Below are positions 13,059 to 25,022 of a stretch of DNA of 64,000 bases, in pieces (the first letter of the stretch is position 1; every line of letters begins with the position of its first letter). Where the stretch lies: NCBI GenBank assembly GCA_010093815.1, contig ML996570.1. One strand, written 5' to 3'. The position numbers and the translations under genes are program-made. The stretch is from Pseudovirgaria hyperparasitica. Its lineage: Eukaryota. A model generated the notes under the pieces. It worked only from the letters and a program-made list of their open reading frames with translations. It ran no database searches and had not been told where the DNA came from.

Positions 13059-14124
13059 TCAAGGTAGGACAAAGAGCAGCATCGCCATGGCCAACGTCAA
13101 AGCAAAGCCAGAGTCAAGTGTGGCTCTGAAGCCAGCATCCGTTGGATAGTAAAGCAGCGGAGTGTATTCAGGTGTATCCAGCTGAACATAACTTGGGTGA
13201 GGCACCTCACTCGAAGCAATGTAGGTGGGCGCTGGCGGGCAGTCGAAGCAGGTTGGAGCTTCTGGGACATATGTGGGGACTACTGGTCCGTAGTATGGAA
13301 CCTGTAGGACGGTGGTGGGCGTCTCTGTGGGAACATCGTAAATGACGGTCGACATCGCTGGGACAGGCGGGGCATAAGTCGAGATCTCTGGAACAGCAGG
13401 TGGGTAGTAGGTCGAGACCTCTGGGACAGCAGGTGGAAGATAAGACGGGGTCTCTGAAGGAGCAGGTGGGAAGTAAGTCGAAACCTCTGGAGCAGGTGGG
13501 ATATATGAGGATTCAGTGGGGACCACTGGAGAGTAGTAAGTTGGTACTTCCACTGGGCTTGAGCCATAGCCATAGCCGTGAAGCTCATGTTGACGAGCCA
13601 TAGGCGTAGCGAGAACCTGGATAGTTGTATTGACTATCGAAGTGGACACGAGAACGGGAACCGAGATAGTCGTGTTCATCACTGTACTGAAGGTGACAGG
13701 AAGGCCAACGACTTGAGCGGACGATGAAGCTTGCCTGGCAGCAAGAATACCAGCTGCTGCACTGGTGGTCGAGTTATCGAAGGGTGCCTCAGCCCTAGCG
13801 ATAGTGTTGTTCATCTTGACTGCCCAAGACGGGATATTGCGATGGAAAGGCATATGCACCGGAGGACGGATCTCTTTGTCGGTCGAATTTGAGGTGCCAA
13901 CGACCTGACGAGGAGCCACACTATTGAATCATGATCAGCTTCAATAATCGAAGCCTTTGAGACGAGGTGAAGACATACGTTGGGATTGTGGGAAGGCTGG
14001 TCAAGCTCACTGTCACGAAAACAGTTGGCTGCTCAGTAACCCACACGGTCACATTCTGAGTCGCTGCCTGCTGAGCAAACATGGCATTGATTACGGCGAA
14101 GGCCGAGAGATATCGAGAGACCAT
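13059..14124 (-). CDS. Secreted Ser/Thr/Pro-rich cell-wall protein, probably GPI-anchored
   Basis: N-terminal signal peptide MVSRYLSAFAVINAMFA. Intron 13978-13921 (GTATGT...GCTGAT...TAG) joins the two ORF-track pieces in frame. P/T/Y-rich repeats; hydrophobic C-terminal tail FALTLAMAMLLFVLP. Confidence 0.8.
13360..13515 (-). repeat. Coding minisatellite, about 5 units of 30-33 bp (Y.PPA[VP]PEVST)
   Basis: The core cagcaggtgg/ggagcaggtggg recurs on the + strand; peptide units YIPPAPEVST, YFPPAPSETPS, YLPPAVPEVST, YYPPAVPEIST, YAPPVPAMST. Confidence 0.85.
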
Positions 14125-14889
14125 GTTGAGTGATGAGAGGTGTGATTGAGTGATGAAAGATGCTTATGGATTGATGGAGAATGGATGATGGATGAACGAT
14201 ACTCTGAATGAGATGATGAATCCTGTGATGAAAGAGAATAAGAAGAAAAGGACCGATCGAAGGTCTTATAAGTGTGTGCAATCCTGAGAGTGGAAGTTGC
14301 GTCGATTCAATCATCAGAAGGAGCTTCGTACACCGCGCCGCGCTGGGTAGTTTAAGGCCGTGAGATGGAAGGGATGCTATAACGAGCAGCGACCATCATG
14401 ACTTCAACTTGCTAACCTTAATCAATTGTATTGGGATCATAAGCCACGTTGTTATTTGAATCAAGCAGTCCAGATATTTGTTTAAGCAAGCCTTCTCAAA
14501 TTCCGCGTGGTCTGCGTCTGCCTTCAAGACGTATTCGCAAACCAGTATTTTGCTGAAGGTAGAACCCAACGGAGCTCACTGACCACAATGAAGGAGCTTG
14601 TGGACGCACACCAGCAGTTTATTTTCTGAGATCACAACTATGCACATCCACGACTATTTGCCTGCCCCGGCTGGGGAGAAGTGCGGTACATTCAACAGGT
14701 GGGCCTTAAGATCATGTAAGATATGACTGAATTTGTTAGAGAAACTATGCATGGGTTCGCTAATACGAAACCTAGAGACACCGCTACAATCGAACCCAAC
14801 TCCAACATGACATGACTCGCAGCTTAAGCAGTATTAATCATAATTCTCGGGAGTGAAGACCAGCATCGAACCAGACGATCCTCCCAATC

Positions 14890-15474
14890 TCAAAACATTG
14901 CCATCCCCCTTCCTTCTCTCTCCCTCGTCCCTAATCCGATGTCCATCGTACTCGCACACATCCCCCAAAAGTCCCTCATCGCACCTCTCTCATAGTGCGT
15001 GTCCACGCTCGCAGTGTCACTTAGTTCTTCATCGACCCTCTGAACTGTATCGATATCCGGCATGGTAGGAACTTCAGTGGTTATCTTACTCTTCCTGCTG
15101 AAGATACTCGGCCGACGTGACTGCCCGCTTGACCCTGGGGAAGTAGTTGTCGACGCCATCGACCCCTTACGAGAATTAGATGAAAAGAATGAGGGTCGTC
15201 GTAGTGTACTGTCTCGACTGCTTTTCGTTGATGAGCCCCAGGAAAAGAGCGGGGGGCGTCGAGACGAAGGTGTACGGATGTAGTCAAAGCCTGGGGTTGT
15301 GGGAGTTTTCGCACTGGTGCTGCTTACGGACGATACTGTCTGAACCGTGGCGATGGACTGATGGCGCTGGTGCAAGGACGAAGATTCACTGCTGGTAAAA
15401 GATGAGATCCAAGAAGGTTTCCGCGTGTCGATACGGGTTGGGATGGGTTGGACTTGAGTGCGTGAGCGGTTCAT
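14890..15474 (-). CDS. Hypothetical Ser/Arg-rich protein (194 aa) with repeated RRP[SP]xFS motifs
   Basis: ATG-initiated ORF in plausible context (caacaATG). Three RRPxxF motifs; no domain recognised. Confidence 0.55.
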   Translation of the reverse strand: MNRSRTQVQPIPTRIDTRKPSWISSFTSSESSSLHQRHQSIATVQTVSSVSSTSAKTPTTPGFDYIRTPSSRRPPLFSWGSSTKSSRDSTLRRPSFFSSNSRKGSMASTTTSPGSSGQSRRPSIFSRKSKITTEVPTMPDIDTVQRVDEELSDTASVDTHYERGAMRDFWGMCASTMDIGLGTREREGRGMAMF

Positions 15475-16164
15475 TGTTGCCGTCTTGGGTGTGGCAAATG
15501 GTCAGAATGGAGAGGACTCCCGATGGATATCAATTATGATTATGAGATGTGAAGTGAGTACTAAACGTCTTAGAGGATGTCGCGTGATATTAATTCTAGG
15601 GAGACAGGGACTGTGAAACCTCGAGTCGGTATGCTCACAGTTCACACGACTCGACATTGAAGCTGAATGGCTTATAAGAGCCACAAAACAAGCATTCGGA
15701 ATATCTACATAGTAATACCGGTTCCTCCACAATAGCATTGACCGTCACAACGCCGGTCGGTATTCCGGGATTTTCTGGCGTTGGTAAGGCCTGTAGTGTT
15801 CGTAATTGCACCGGTGGTACGAAGCAGCTCATTGGTCTGCAATGCGGGTCTTTACCGCTTTGGGAAGTATGCACAAGGGGGCCGGAATGGCGGGATTCAT
15901 CAATCGCTATTTTTGGTGCCGAGCCATGGCTAGAGGGAAAACTATATGAGAGATGGTCCTGTCGTGTGCGGAGAGGCACTGAATTTTCGTAAATATGAGC
16001 TATTGGGTACGTACGCGTGTATGTTCGCTGGCCGCAAGCTTTGTTGTATGCAGCGTGTAAACGCCGAGATTGCGAGCAAGTAGGCGCATTTCGGGACTAC
16101 TGTATATTCTATAAAGGTATCGATGGTGAAAGTTGAATATGCAGTATTCGCACAGACCACACGT

Positions 16165-18168
16165 TCACTCCTTAGTCAATGCTGCCACGCCATTCTGTAT
16201 TCTATCCAGGACATCGTCCAACAGCCTTATTTCAAACAGCCCATGCTCACACCCTTCGTTTCCTTCCCATTCTCGTAGCTCACCTCCTTCTTGAAGTCCT
16301 TCTCTGAAATGATTACTAGCCTCCGTCAGTGGGCCTAAGAAGCGGCGTCCAATATCTTGGTCCTCATGCAGTCCCGCAATATTCAGAATCGCATGCAGCG
16401 GCTTTGCACTCAATAACAGATAATAGAAATTGAGAACCGCTAGGTAGAACGATATCTCGGCCTTAAACTTTGTGTACGACTCACTCAGCGTCGGCAAGCC
16501 GAGGTCGTGGGTCAGGTCTGGGAACAGGAACGGACCTGCAGTAGATAGCGCAATAGGCGTAGCGAAAATGGACGTCTCTTCCTTAGCCGATAATGCTGTG
16601 GTCGACGTATGTGATATTCCGAGGCCATTGAAGTTTCCCAGAGTAGATGTATTCGCTTCCAGCGTTTCGCCTTTCAGCCAGCCCACCGCAGACACTTTGA
16701 GGTTCTCATACGGGCAGTGCTCGAGCGTGTCGCGAATAAATGTCAGACGAACGAACTCGTCAGGATAGGAGCGTAACACCGTTGATGTGAGCATATGTGC
16801 GTGATAACGCAGCGTTGGAGATGAGGTGTTTGCGGAAAGAAGGGAAATTAGCTGCAAATATCCAGTGAATTGCTCATCGTTTTCAGGTTCCCCAAAGTCG
16901 TTGTCTTCTAGAGCTATGATGCCGAGGACTAATATTGCATCTATAAGAGCTTCGTTCTCGGTACCAAGCATAACGGGTTCAGTTGTATTGAGAAAATTCT
17001 TGACTATAGAGTCGTGCTCAGGGAAGATGGAGATTCCGATGTCACCGGAAGCATTGTCGTATAGTTTCAGGGCTACAGTGCGAGCAGTAAAGAGGAATAG
17101 TGAGCCGACTCTGGAGAACGAGATGTCTTCTGCTGAAGCAGGTGTCTCGTCTTGTGCAAATGGCTCACCGGTGGGTTCATCAGCAGGATTTATGACATTT
17201 GAGTAGAGCTCTTGGGAGTCAATTCCGAGTTCTCGACCTAAAGCAACAACTTGAGACACAACCAGAATTCTATTCTGTAAGTGTTCGTCTTTCTCAAAAC
17301 GGTCTTTGAAGGTCGGCTTTCCAGGTATTGACATTCCTGGGCTGAACTTTTCATGCGTTCGACTTGACCATGCTAGTCCAGGGACATCGTCGTTTGATCG
17401 TAGATGTAGCATGTATTCTTCTAATACATGTGTTAAAAACCCTTGAAGCAGCCGGGTGACCACTTTCGACTCTTCTGCTCCCGGTGCTTCACTACCTGCT
17501 TCAGCTTCTGGGTCTGTGGCAACACCAATGACTGTGACGGTGGGTACATGACTACTGCTTTTGCGAGGGGGCAAATGCGGGCGTTTTGATCCAAATAGGG
17601 TCTTGATCAAAGTGATGACAGATCCTGTAAGTTCTCCGAAATGTGACGATGCTTTCGAATAGCTGGTTAAGACTGCTGGAAGACTCATTGCGAGGAAGCC
17701 GCTAGGATTTCTGGTCTTCAGTCGGGGGTGAAGTATTGTCAACATAGAAAGCAGACTTTGAAATTGTAGGACAGCTAGCGGAGGCGTCTGATTCGTTTGC
17801 GGGGCACCTGACGGTCCCGCGTTGCTTGTTATAGTGTCATAATCCTCACCGTCTGCTTCAAGAGCATCGTATTCCAAGTCTTGTTGCCTCAGAGCCTCTG
17901 CGACTTTCAATATGACCTCCCTAGGATTACCCAGGCGCGCAATATCTTGCAGACAAGATTCAGACTCTGGCAAGAGAGGGAGTAGAAAGCGAACAAGATC
18001 CCAACCTGTTCCTATGGTGACCTCTGTATCCTGCAGAATATCATGGAGTATTGGCAGATTTTCCTTAGTCAGATGAGGCTCGACTCTAACGAGGTAGTCA
18101 TTGTATTCGTCAACTGAAGCACCTGATTTGGGCAGCGCCACGCGCAATGGATGTTGTTGCTCAGCCAT
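16165..18168 (-). CDS. YAP-binding protein Ybp1/ALF4/glomulin-like (DUF1760-type)
   Basis: Intronless ORF of about 667 aa from ATG 18168. Family motifs HPL..ALP, GWDLV, CLQDIARLGNPREVILKV, RPHLPPR and FIRDTLEHCPYENLKVSAVGWLKGE. Confidence 0.85.
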   Translation of the reverse strand: MAEQQHPLRVALPKSGASVDEYNDYLVRVEPHLTKENLPILHDILQDTEVTIGTGWDLVRFLLPLLPESESCLQDIARLGNPREVILKVAEALRQQDLEYDALEADGEDYDTITSNAGPSGAPQTNQTPPLAVLQFQSLLSMLTILHPRLKTRNPSGFLAMSLPAVLTSYSKASSHFGELTGSVITLIKTLFGSKRPHLPPRKSSSHVPTVTVIGVATDPEAEAGSEAPGAEESKVVTRLLQGFLTHVLEEYMLHLRSNDDVPGLAWSSRTHEKFSPGMSIPGKPTFKDRFEKDEHLQNRILVVSQVVALGRELGIDSQELYSNVINPADEPTGEPFAQDETPASAEDISFSRVGSLFLFTARTVALKLYDNASGDIGISIFPEHDSIVKNFLNTTEPVMLGTENEALIDAILVLGIIALEDNDFGEPENDEQFTGYLQLISLLSANTSSPTLRYHAHMLTSTVLRSYPDEFVRLTFIRDTLEHCPYENLKVSAVGWLKGETLEANTSTLGNFNGLGISHTSTTALSAKEETSIFATPIALSTAGPFLFPDLTHDLGLPTLSESYTKFKAEISFYLAVLNFYYLLLSAKPLHAILNIAGLHEDQDIGRRFLGPLTEASNHFREGLQEGGELREWEGNEGCEHGLFEIRLLDDVLDRIQNGVAALTKE

Positions 18169-18479
18169 TGTCTGTGGCAACAGGCAAAAGCGAACGTTTT
18201 TGTGGGCGACAACAAGGATGCAGGTAACGAGTGCTGGGGTGTTCGACTAAAGTTGGATAAAGATGAGTAGATGAGTCTGGAGGAGATAAAGCATACACAA
18301 CAAGCTTCGATCTCGATCTCGATCCCTGTCAGCGATAGAGTTATGTTATATCATGGATGCATTCAAGAGGTGGGGTGAAGAGAGGCGTCATCTGATTGTG
18401 ACTTTTTTAGCACAACTCTTGGCAATGCGAGTCAATGCGCAACACCTCTGTTTTCCATAAGAATTGAGTTTCTTCATTG

Positions 18480-18870
18480 TAATTCTGTATACTGGTAGTA
18501 GTATTCATGTGAGATGATTACTCTTAAATATCTATCTATATACTTATTAGGCTTATAGTTGTAATCTATTAACATCTGCGTAATGGCTGCGCTTCACCCA
18601 CTATACCATGCTGCAGAGGCACACGTGCGGAGTCACGTGGTGGTCCACGGCTCAAGTCGTATAGAGAGAATTTATATATATAATTTTTTATCTTCTTCTC
18701 TAAATTCTAAAGTTTTACTAATAGTCAATTATCTATAGAAGCTTGTAAAGTTAAAAAGAGAGAGAGTAAGATATATAATCTCTAGTATTTTAATCTACTT
18801 ATATAGAGCTTCTTCAGCCTGAGCCATCTACCTATGTGATCCTTAGATAAGATAATTAACTTTGTCATGT
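18480..18870. repeat. AT-rich, TpA-rich RIP-like repeat relic (possible MITE with degenerate TIRs)
   Basis: GC drops abruptly, with many TA/TAG/CTA and few CA/TG. Imperfect inverted match between 18629-18656 and 18817-18842. Confidence 0.5.
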
Positions 18871-19134
18871 TTCATTCTACGAAAGTTTCTACTATCATCT
18901 CTCATCGCCCTTAACTGACTGCCCCGGCTCTTTCTAAGCTGCTGATTTACGAAGCGCCACTCCCATGATTGTAGCACCGAAATTCCACCCTAACGAAACT
19001 TATTCTGTTTGACTTCTTTCTTCCCATCTGTCATCACTCCTATTCAAGATTTAGCGGCGCGTCAATTCAATTCGACTCCTTTGAGTTGATGGTCTACGCT
19101 GACAATCTGGCTCGCATCTCAAGCTCGCCGGACC

Positions 19135-19750
19135 ATGAACTGGGGTAGCTGCGCCGAACTTGAAAATTTGAACAAAGCTATCAATTCCTTTCACAGATCC
19201 CAAGAATGCCGGGGAGAACAATTGACGAGCTGGGCGTCGAGTTTTCATCAATCTCGCCTGTCTTGTTGCCTAGCGAATGAGCTTATCACCGACGAGAAGC
19301 GTGGTTCGTCTAATTAGACTTATAGATGGAGAAGCCTAGATAGCGCGATTCCCCATTAATAAGAAAGTGAAAAATCCTAACGATAAAGTTGAAATTGAAG
19401 TTACGACAATGAAAGTCATTCGCTAGTATACTAATATACCTATGGATGCCTAAAGTAAAAGCTTGGGGACTGGCCACGGAAAACGAGCTTGGACTTAGGC
19501 CTTTTATTATTACTCCCTCTATTAAAGGTGTTAGCCTCGCTGATTCATATTCTTTGCGATTAGAACGACTAACAGTCTAGAATACTCCGAGAAGACATCG
19601 ACGATGCAAATATTCAATTTATCTACGAGTAAATCGCCCGTTTCCTACTTGAACTCTTTAAGCTCAATTTCTCCTACATCCGCAGTCTATCCAAAGAGTC
19701 GCACAATGTCGATACTCATTTCACTACAACAATAGCCTCACGTTATTGAT
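19135..19750 (+). pseudogene. RIP-mutated APH/phosphotransferase-family (kinase-like) pseudogene
   Basis: Fragments across frameshifts: WASSFH..RGSSN, DGEA*IARFP..KV..DKVEIEVTTMKVIR*YTNIP, PKVKAWGLATENELGL.PFII..IKGVSLAD, RILREDIDDANIQFIYE*IARFLLELFKLNF..I.SL. Stops sit where W/Q codons are expected (TGG>TAG, CAG>TAG, CAA>TAA). Confidence 0.85.
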
Positions 19751-20680
19751 AGCCGCCTTTCACTATACTATTCCGGAAACTAACAGCTGGTTCATAGCAT
19801 ATCAAGAGCTATATATTTTTTTGAAGAGGCACCTATTTCGCCACACCCTTTTGGCCCTATCATCGGCTCGACACATCCCTTTGGTGGACAGGACGAGCAG
19901 TAGGTATGGATTAACCCAACAATATATATCTCTTGAAGAACAAGTCTCAACAAATGCTGGTAGACATGCATGTCTCTTCATCTATGTCTATGTAGACCAA
20001 TTCCCATACTGACAACATTGCCACGTGTGAATGCGAAGGTCGACTCGCGCACTTGTTGTATCATATGTCCAAGATATGGGTCAAGATGTACGCCTGATGG
20101 TTATCATCTAGGCCGTATTATCGTTGTCAAGACATCAGTATATACACAGTGCAAAGCGTGGCGCTGAACACCAGTCATATCCATATCAACTACCGTAGCC
20201 CAAGATGAGACTCGCTGTGCTTCGGCAACGAACGAAAGCCCTCTGCCAGGCCGATATTAAAGAGTCCTCACCTTCAAGCGGGTGCCACACTGCCACATGA
20301 CCACTCGCGAGGCTTCTATGAGTAAACTTAAGGTCAGGCTGGATGTATGGGTCTAGTATTTCCGCGACTTTTTCTTGATCGCATTAGCTCCCATACTCCT
20401 AGGCAGCTACTACAGCTACTAGAAATATGTTTACATATCGCTATCCCATGCACTGGACCTGAGAGCGCTCCCTTCTCTTTGCCCTTTCACATGCAGGCTC
20501 CGTCACAAGATCTCTGGCTCAATACGATGCCATCGGGCCTGCCTCGGTTTTGCGTCGTTCTCATCCATCCCTGTGTCTCAAATACGTGGTATACAACACC
20601 TCAAAGTCACATACGCATCATTTCAATCCGTTTTGTGCGCCCATACACAATGTCAAGTGGCGATACACCCTTTGTGTCGC

Positions 20681-21130
20681 TCAGGAGCCAGTCTCGGGTG
20701 CAATCAGTACAACCGAATCGCCTCGCACGAACAGCATTTCAGATTGCTTCTTCACCGTCTGTGGTATCCCCATTAGTCTAATCCTGACGGCGGTTTTAAT
20801 ATAGGGCTTTATATACCCGCACTTCTCCCGAGTCCTCTTCTTCAGCTTCTTCGGGGAAATAGATTGTTTCTTCGACATCGCCGAGAACAAGGTTGCAATG
20901 CTGGTCGTAGGCCTAAGCTGGGTCAGCTGAGAACGGGAGGGATGAAGGAAGCCTCCGACAGGGGCAGGAAGGCAGGAAGACAAGGGGGAGTGCGAGTCGC
21001 GTACGTGCAGCCGGCCTTTAAGCTCGCGGTCACCGCGCATCTTGACGAAGACGATCTCGTCCAGGCAAAGGCGCACGAGGTCGAGGGGTTCAGGAGGGGC
21101 GCCGCTGGTATCGGCTGGAGATTCGGACAT
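20681..21130 (-). CDS. LSM3: U6 snRNA-associated Sm-like protein Lsm3
   Basis: Introns 21004-20913 and 20816-20759. Spliced protein [47 protein letters not shown]...[21 protein letters not shown]. Confidence 0.96.
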   Translation of the reverse strand: MSESPADTSGAPPEPLDLVRLCLDEIVFVKMRGDRELKGRLHVRDSHSPLSSCLPAPVGGFLHPSRSQLTQLRPTTSIATLFSAMSKKQSISPKKLKKRTREKCGYIKPYIKTAVRIRLMGIPQTVKKQSEMLFVRGDSVVLIAPETGS

Positions 21131-21230
21131 TGTGGGAGACGTCTGATGAAGTCTAGAGCGTAACGTGAGGCTGGTTAAGTCAAAAAGTTTAGCGCAGTGG
21201 GAGGAGGAAGCTGTATGAAGGGTCGCTGTT

Positions 21231-22151
21231 ATGTATCATGATCCCGAGGTTTGGCCGGTGGATGGAAGTCCTACAAATGTGGCACGTGCAAACAGGAACC
21301 CAAAAAGGAGTCAAAGCCCTCATCTGAAACTTACCAACACGGTCTGCATCGCATCTGTTGGCCGTCAAGACGTATACACCTCCCTAGATACACTTTTGAT
21401 AAGAGCGTGGGGCCCTTGGGGTCCCAACTCATTGATGCGTCCATATGCGAAGAGAGCGGCGGAGGCGATCACTAAGGCCGTACTGAGGCCAAGGTTCCGG
21501 GAAGAGACAGCGAAAGGGACAGAACTGAAGGCGGAACCTGTCAGAATCTCAAGAGTGTACACACATTTAGAGACAGTTGTACCGATTCGAAAGTATGGAT
21601 CGACTCCAGACTCTGCGTTCAACCTTCCTAAGCACTCTATGCCACTGCCTCTCAAACTGAGAAGAAGTTCCCAAAAGGATATTATAGACGAAACGGTTCT
21701 ACTGTTCCCAAACTCTGCAGACGACCAGAGCTCAGATACCCAGGAGAAGAAACACGGAATTCTCAGACTGAGCGTGTTTCCTAAAACTAGTAGAAGCCAG
21801 AGGAGGCCTATGGAAAAGCGATTGACACAGCGAATCCAATCCATAACTTCATCGCGCAAACCTCGAGGAATCACTCCAGATCGTTCTTCAACAGCAACCT
21901 CCGCAAAACATGACCAACACAGAGACGACCTCGTAGTGACGAATCCACAGACAATACCTATAGTGCGAAAGATCCGAATTGGCACCGCTGCCTCAGTTGA
22001 GCCTACGGGGCATCGTAACGTTGTGCGAAGACACTACACAGGACCTATGCAGTCCTGTCCAAAATTTACATATCACTCTGCAAGAAGCTTCGATAACGGA
22101 GCCCTCACTCGTTCAACCGTGGATTCTGATGGCAGCCTATTCGCGATTTAG
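21231..22151 (+). CDS. Hypothetical basic protein (up to 306 aa; true start may be the downstream ATG near 21435)
   Basis: Long open frame divergent from LSM3; no recognisable domain. Confidence 0.45.
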   Translation: MYHDPEVWPVDGSPTNVARANRNPKRSQSPHLKLTNTVCIASVGRQDVYTSLDTLLIRAWGPWGPNSLMRPYAKRAAEAITKAVLRPRFREETAKGTELKAEPVRISRVYTHLETVVPIRKYGSTPDSAFNLPKHSMPLPLKLRRSSQKDIIDETVLLFPNSADDQSSDTQEKKHGILRLSVFPKTSRSQRRPMEKRLTQRIQSITSSRKPRGITPDRSSTATSAKHDQHRDDLVVTNPQTIPIVRKIRIGTAASVEPTGHRNVVRRHYTGPMQSCPKFTYHSARSFDNGALTRSTVDSDGSLFAI

Positions 22152-22875
22152 TGTCTGATCATGCGGGAAAGGGGCAGACATGTGACGTAGATTCCTGAAC
22201 TTTGTGCAACGTTGTACACGTTCTGTTGAAAAAATGCTTGACTTCGGGTCAATAAAAGGATCATGTGTTACCCAATTGTGGTGAGTAGAGTATGTCCAGA
22301 AGCCGTTCCTGTATGAGCAGTCAAAAACGACATTGACCATCAATGCACGATGAACAGATGTAAGTTGATGAGAGAATCGAGCCGAGTTAATATATTCATC
22401 CCATCGTCTCGTCATCAATATAATAAAAGACCCCATCTAACACAGAGCATCCCCAATCCACCGATCACACTCGATCTTCAGGGCACACGAGAGATCTATC
22501 TACAGAAGAAAAAGGAATGAATTCACCCAAATCAGCCTGGGCCGAAAGACATCAAGAGTGAGTGTGTGTGGTGTATCGAGAGGATGCCAATAAGTATTAG
22601 TCCGGGGGATATATGAACGTCACCAGCGCCCGGGTGAGAAGTCTCCACGTTGTAAAACCGAATTGCAGCAAGCCTAACTCCGAACAATGAGAATCGTGAT
22701 ACGCCGGCAACGCCTATGCTCTCTACACACTTGTGAAATCCAGTGGTGGTATATTTTTTTGCTCTCCAAGACATCAATGCGAGGCGATGCAATGCAATGC
22801 AAGGCTATGCTGTGCAGACGTTCCAAGGCATTACAGAAATGTACTTCTTCTTTTCCTCGCATATTTGGGAGACAC

Positions 22876-25022
22876 TCATGACTGACGGTTGCGAATCTTG
22901 TGAGTCAAGCCATCTACAATGCTGTTCCTCGACTTGATAGGCTGCGGCATGCACCATCCACGCCTGAGCTCCGTCTCTACGTAGATGGAAGCAGACCTAT
23001 ATTTTTTGTCGGCGTACTTATCAAACACAGCTTGATGGTGTTTTCGTGGATCTTCGCAACATTCAAGAATGGTGTTGACCAGGTGTCGTAGCTGATTCAG
23101 GGTGTAGCCTGAATAATGGATGTGGTGAAGAGACCAATCTCCCTTGCCGAGCATGTACCTCGCAAGACAGTGCGCACCGGCAGCGGTGAAGCTAGGTGGG
23201 CACCCAACGAAGCGTTCGTCCATGATAGTAACTTCTAGGAAGTATTTGGCAAGAGTACGTGTCTCGAGGTCGTAATCATCAGCTTTGCTAATGCGACGAA
23301 GGAAGCTCATAGGACCGGGCCAGCCGAGCTCGAACTGAAGCATGCTAAGCATAAAGCGTTCTGCTTTCAGAATCTCCTCGACGTTGTATCCGCCATCGAC
23401 CATGTAGACTATCTCCTGCACGGAAGGGCAATTGATCTCTTCGTATTTGGCTGCGACGAATATGGCTGTCGCACCAACGAGTTGAAGCTTGCCAAGAGAG
23501 ACAACCTTGCAGGAAAGGAAGCGATCGACGTAGTTAACTGAGAGGAATAGAGTCTCAGGGAGCAACGTAAACCTATGATGGACTTGGACAAGCCAATCCA
23601 TGAGTACAGACCTCATGGACCATTGGATCTCTGCTTGGGCGTCCATGTAGTATGGGTTTGGTCGCATGCGTTCCTATAAATAATGAGTACATATCCTTCA
23701 GACAATTAATGTCTACTAACCTCAAGATCTCTCATGTAGTCGAAAATCTCTTCTCCGTATTCAGCGACCATGGATGTGTCATACTGTTCGTCTTCAACAT
23801 CTTCAATCGAACGTGTCGACTCAACCTGGAGTCTAGCAATGGCAAGTTCTCTTTCGACCTTCTGGGTTACGACCGGTACGAGGACAATAGTGACACCCTG
23901 AGTGGTATTGTCACCCCTGGAGCGCAAGGAGCGTGCTGTAGTGTAACCTTCTGCGTCGTAGAACTCTTCCTCTTCCTCCTCTTCGGCGTCCCAGTATTCA
24001 ATCAATTCAGAGGCTGGTGCAGTTGCATTTTTTGCAATTTCCTCGTCACGTTGTTGTTCATACACTAGAGCTTGATCTTCTAGGGACGCGAGATAGAGAT
24101 TTCTTTCCTCCGCAGGAATGGGTGCTGGCTCAGTGTCGTATGCGTCTGCAGATTCGTACGGGCGCGGCTCGACGAACTCCTTCTCTGCTCTGAGAACAGC
24201 CTCGACAGCGGGCACTGAGCGCGCTTCCAGTCTTGTCGGGCGCTTGACAGCATCTTCAGCAGCCGTCTGTATTAGCGCATCCAAGTGAGCTTCACGACGA
24301 GCATTCAGAGATTGATGTAACGATGCGCCGTTGCTCGGAACCGGAACTACCTTAGCGGGTTCTGGATCTGAAATGGCCGTATATTCTTGCGAATATGTCT
24401 CTCGGAAGACTGCCGTACTCTTCTTGCCAACCAGTCGACGCGACGCAGCCGGCTGATCCTGCGTGATAGTCTCTCTTGGCGCGACTTTTAGCGGAGCGAC
24501 GACTGGTAATGTCGAAGTATGACCATGAGCCTTAATTCCCGCGTGTTGCAGTGGTCTTTGAGCTGGCCTTAGTATGGCCGGGGGTTTGGTCAACTCAGCA
24601 ATTGAGATGTCCGTCGGGTCCTTGGGGACTTCGCTACCTTTCTTTCCGCCAACGACGATGTCATCTCTTATTGCTGGATTTTTTGTTGTATTGCTTACAT
24701 CTGCGAAAGCAGTCCGTTTGGCGGTAGGCTTGAGAGCACCGGCCTGCATGAGTGTTGATAATGCTGGAGTTGACTTGTTCCTATGGTGGATGGTCTTTCC
24801 AGAGGGTAGTTGAGGAGGGAGGTTCTCGTCGCGGATCTTCAGGATTCGCAGTGGTCTTTGAGGCTATCATATATGTCAGTGCAGGTCTTGAGTTATAGTT
24901 GGTGTCGTCGCGATGGGCCAGATGACCAAACAATGACAAGACGAGACGTGCGAGAGTCGATAGGACGAGGACTCTAGGATAATGCAATTGTCGCGGAAGG
25001 GCAAACATACCTTTGCATCCAT
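22876..25022 (-). CDS. CLB3: B-type cyclin, Clb3/4 type
   Basis: Exon 1 MDAK (25022-25011), introns 25010-24864 and 23720-23674. Destruction box RTAFADVSN. Cyclin box MRSVLMDWLVQVH..LLPETLFLSVNYVDRFLS..LQLVGATAIFVAAKYEE. Confidence 0.93.

Noticed and set aside
9619..21130. Two Sm-fold genes (SMD2, LSM3) as a functional cluster
   Set aside because: They are separated by about 10 kb of unrelated genes; likely coincidence.
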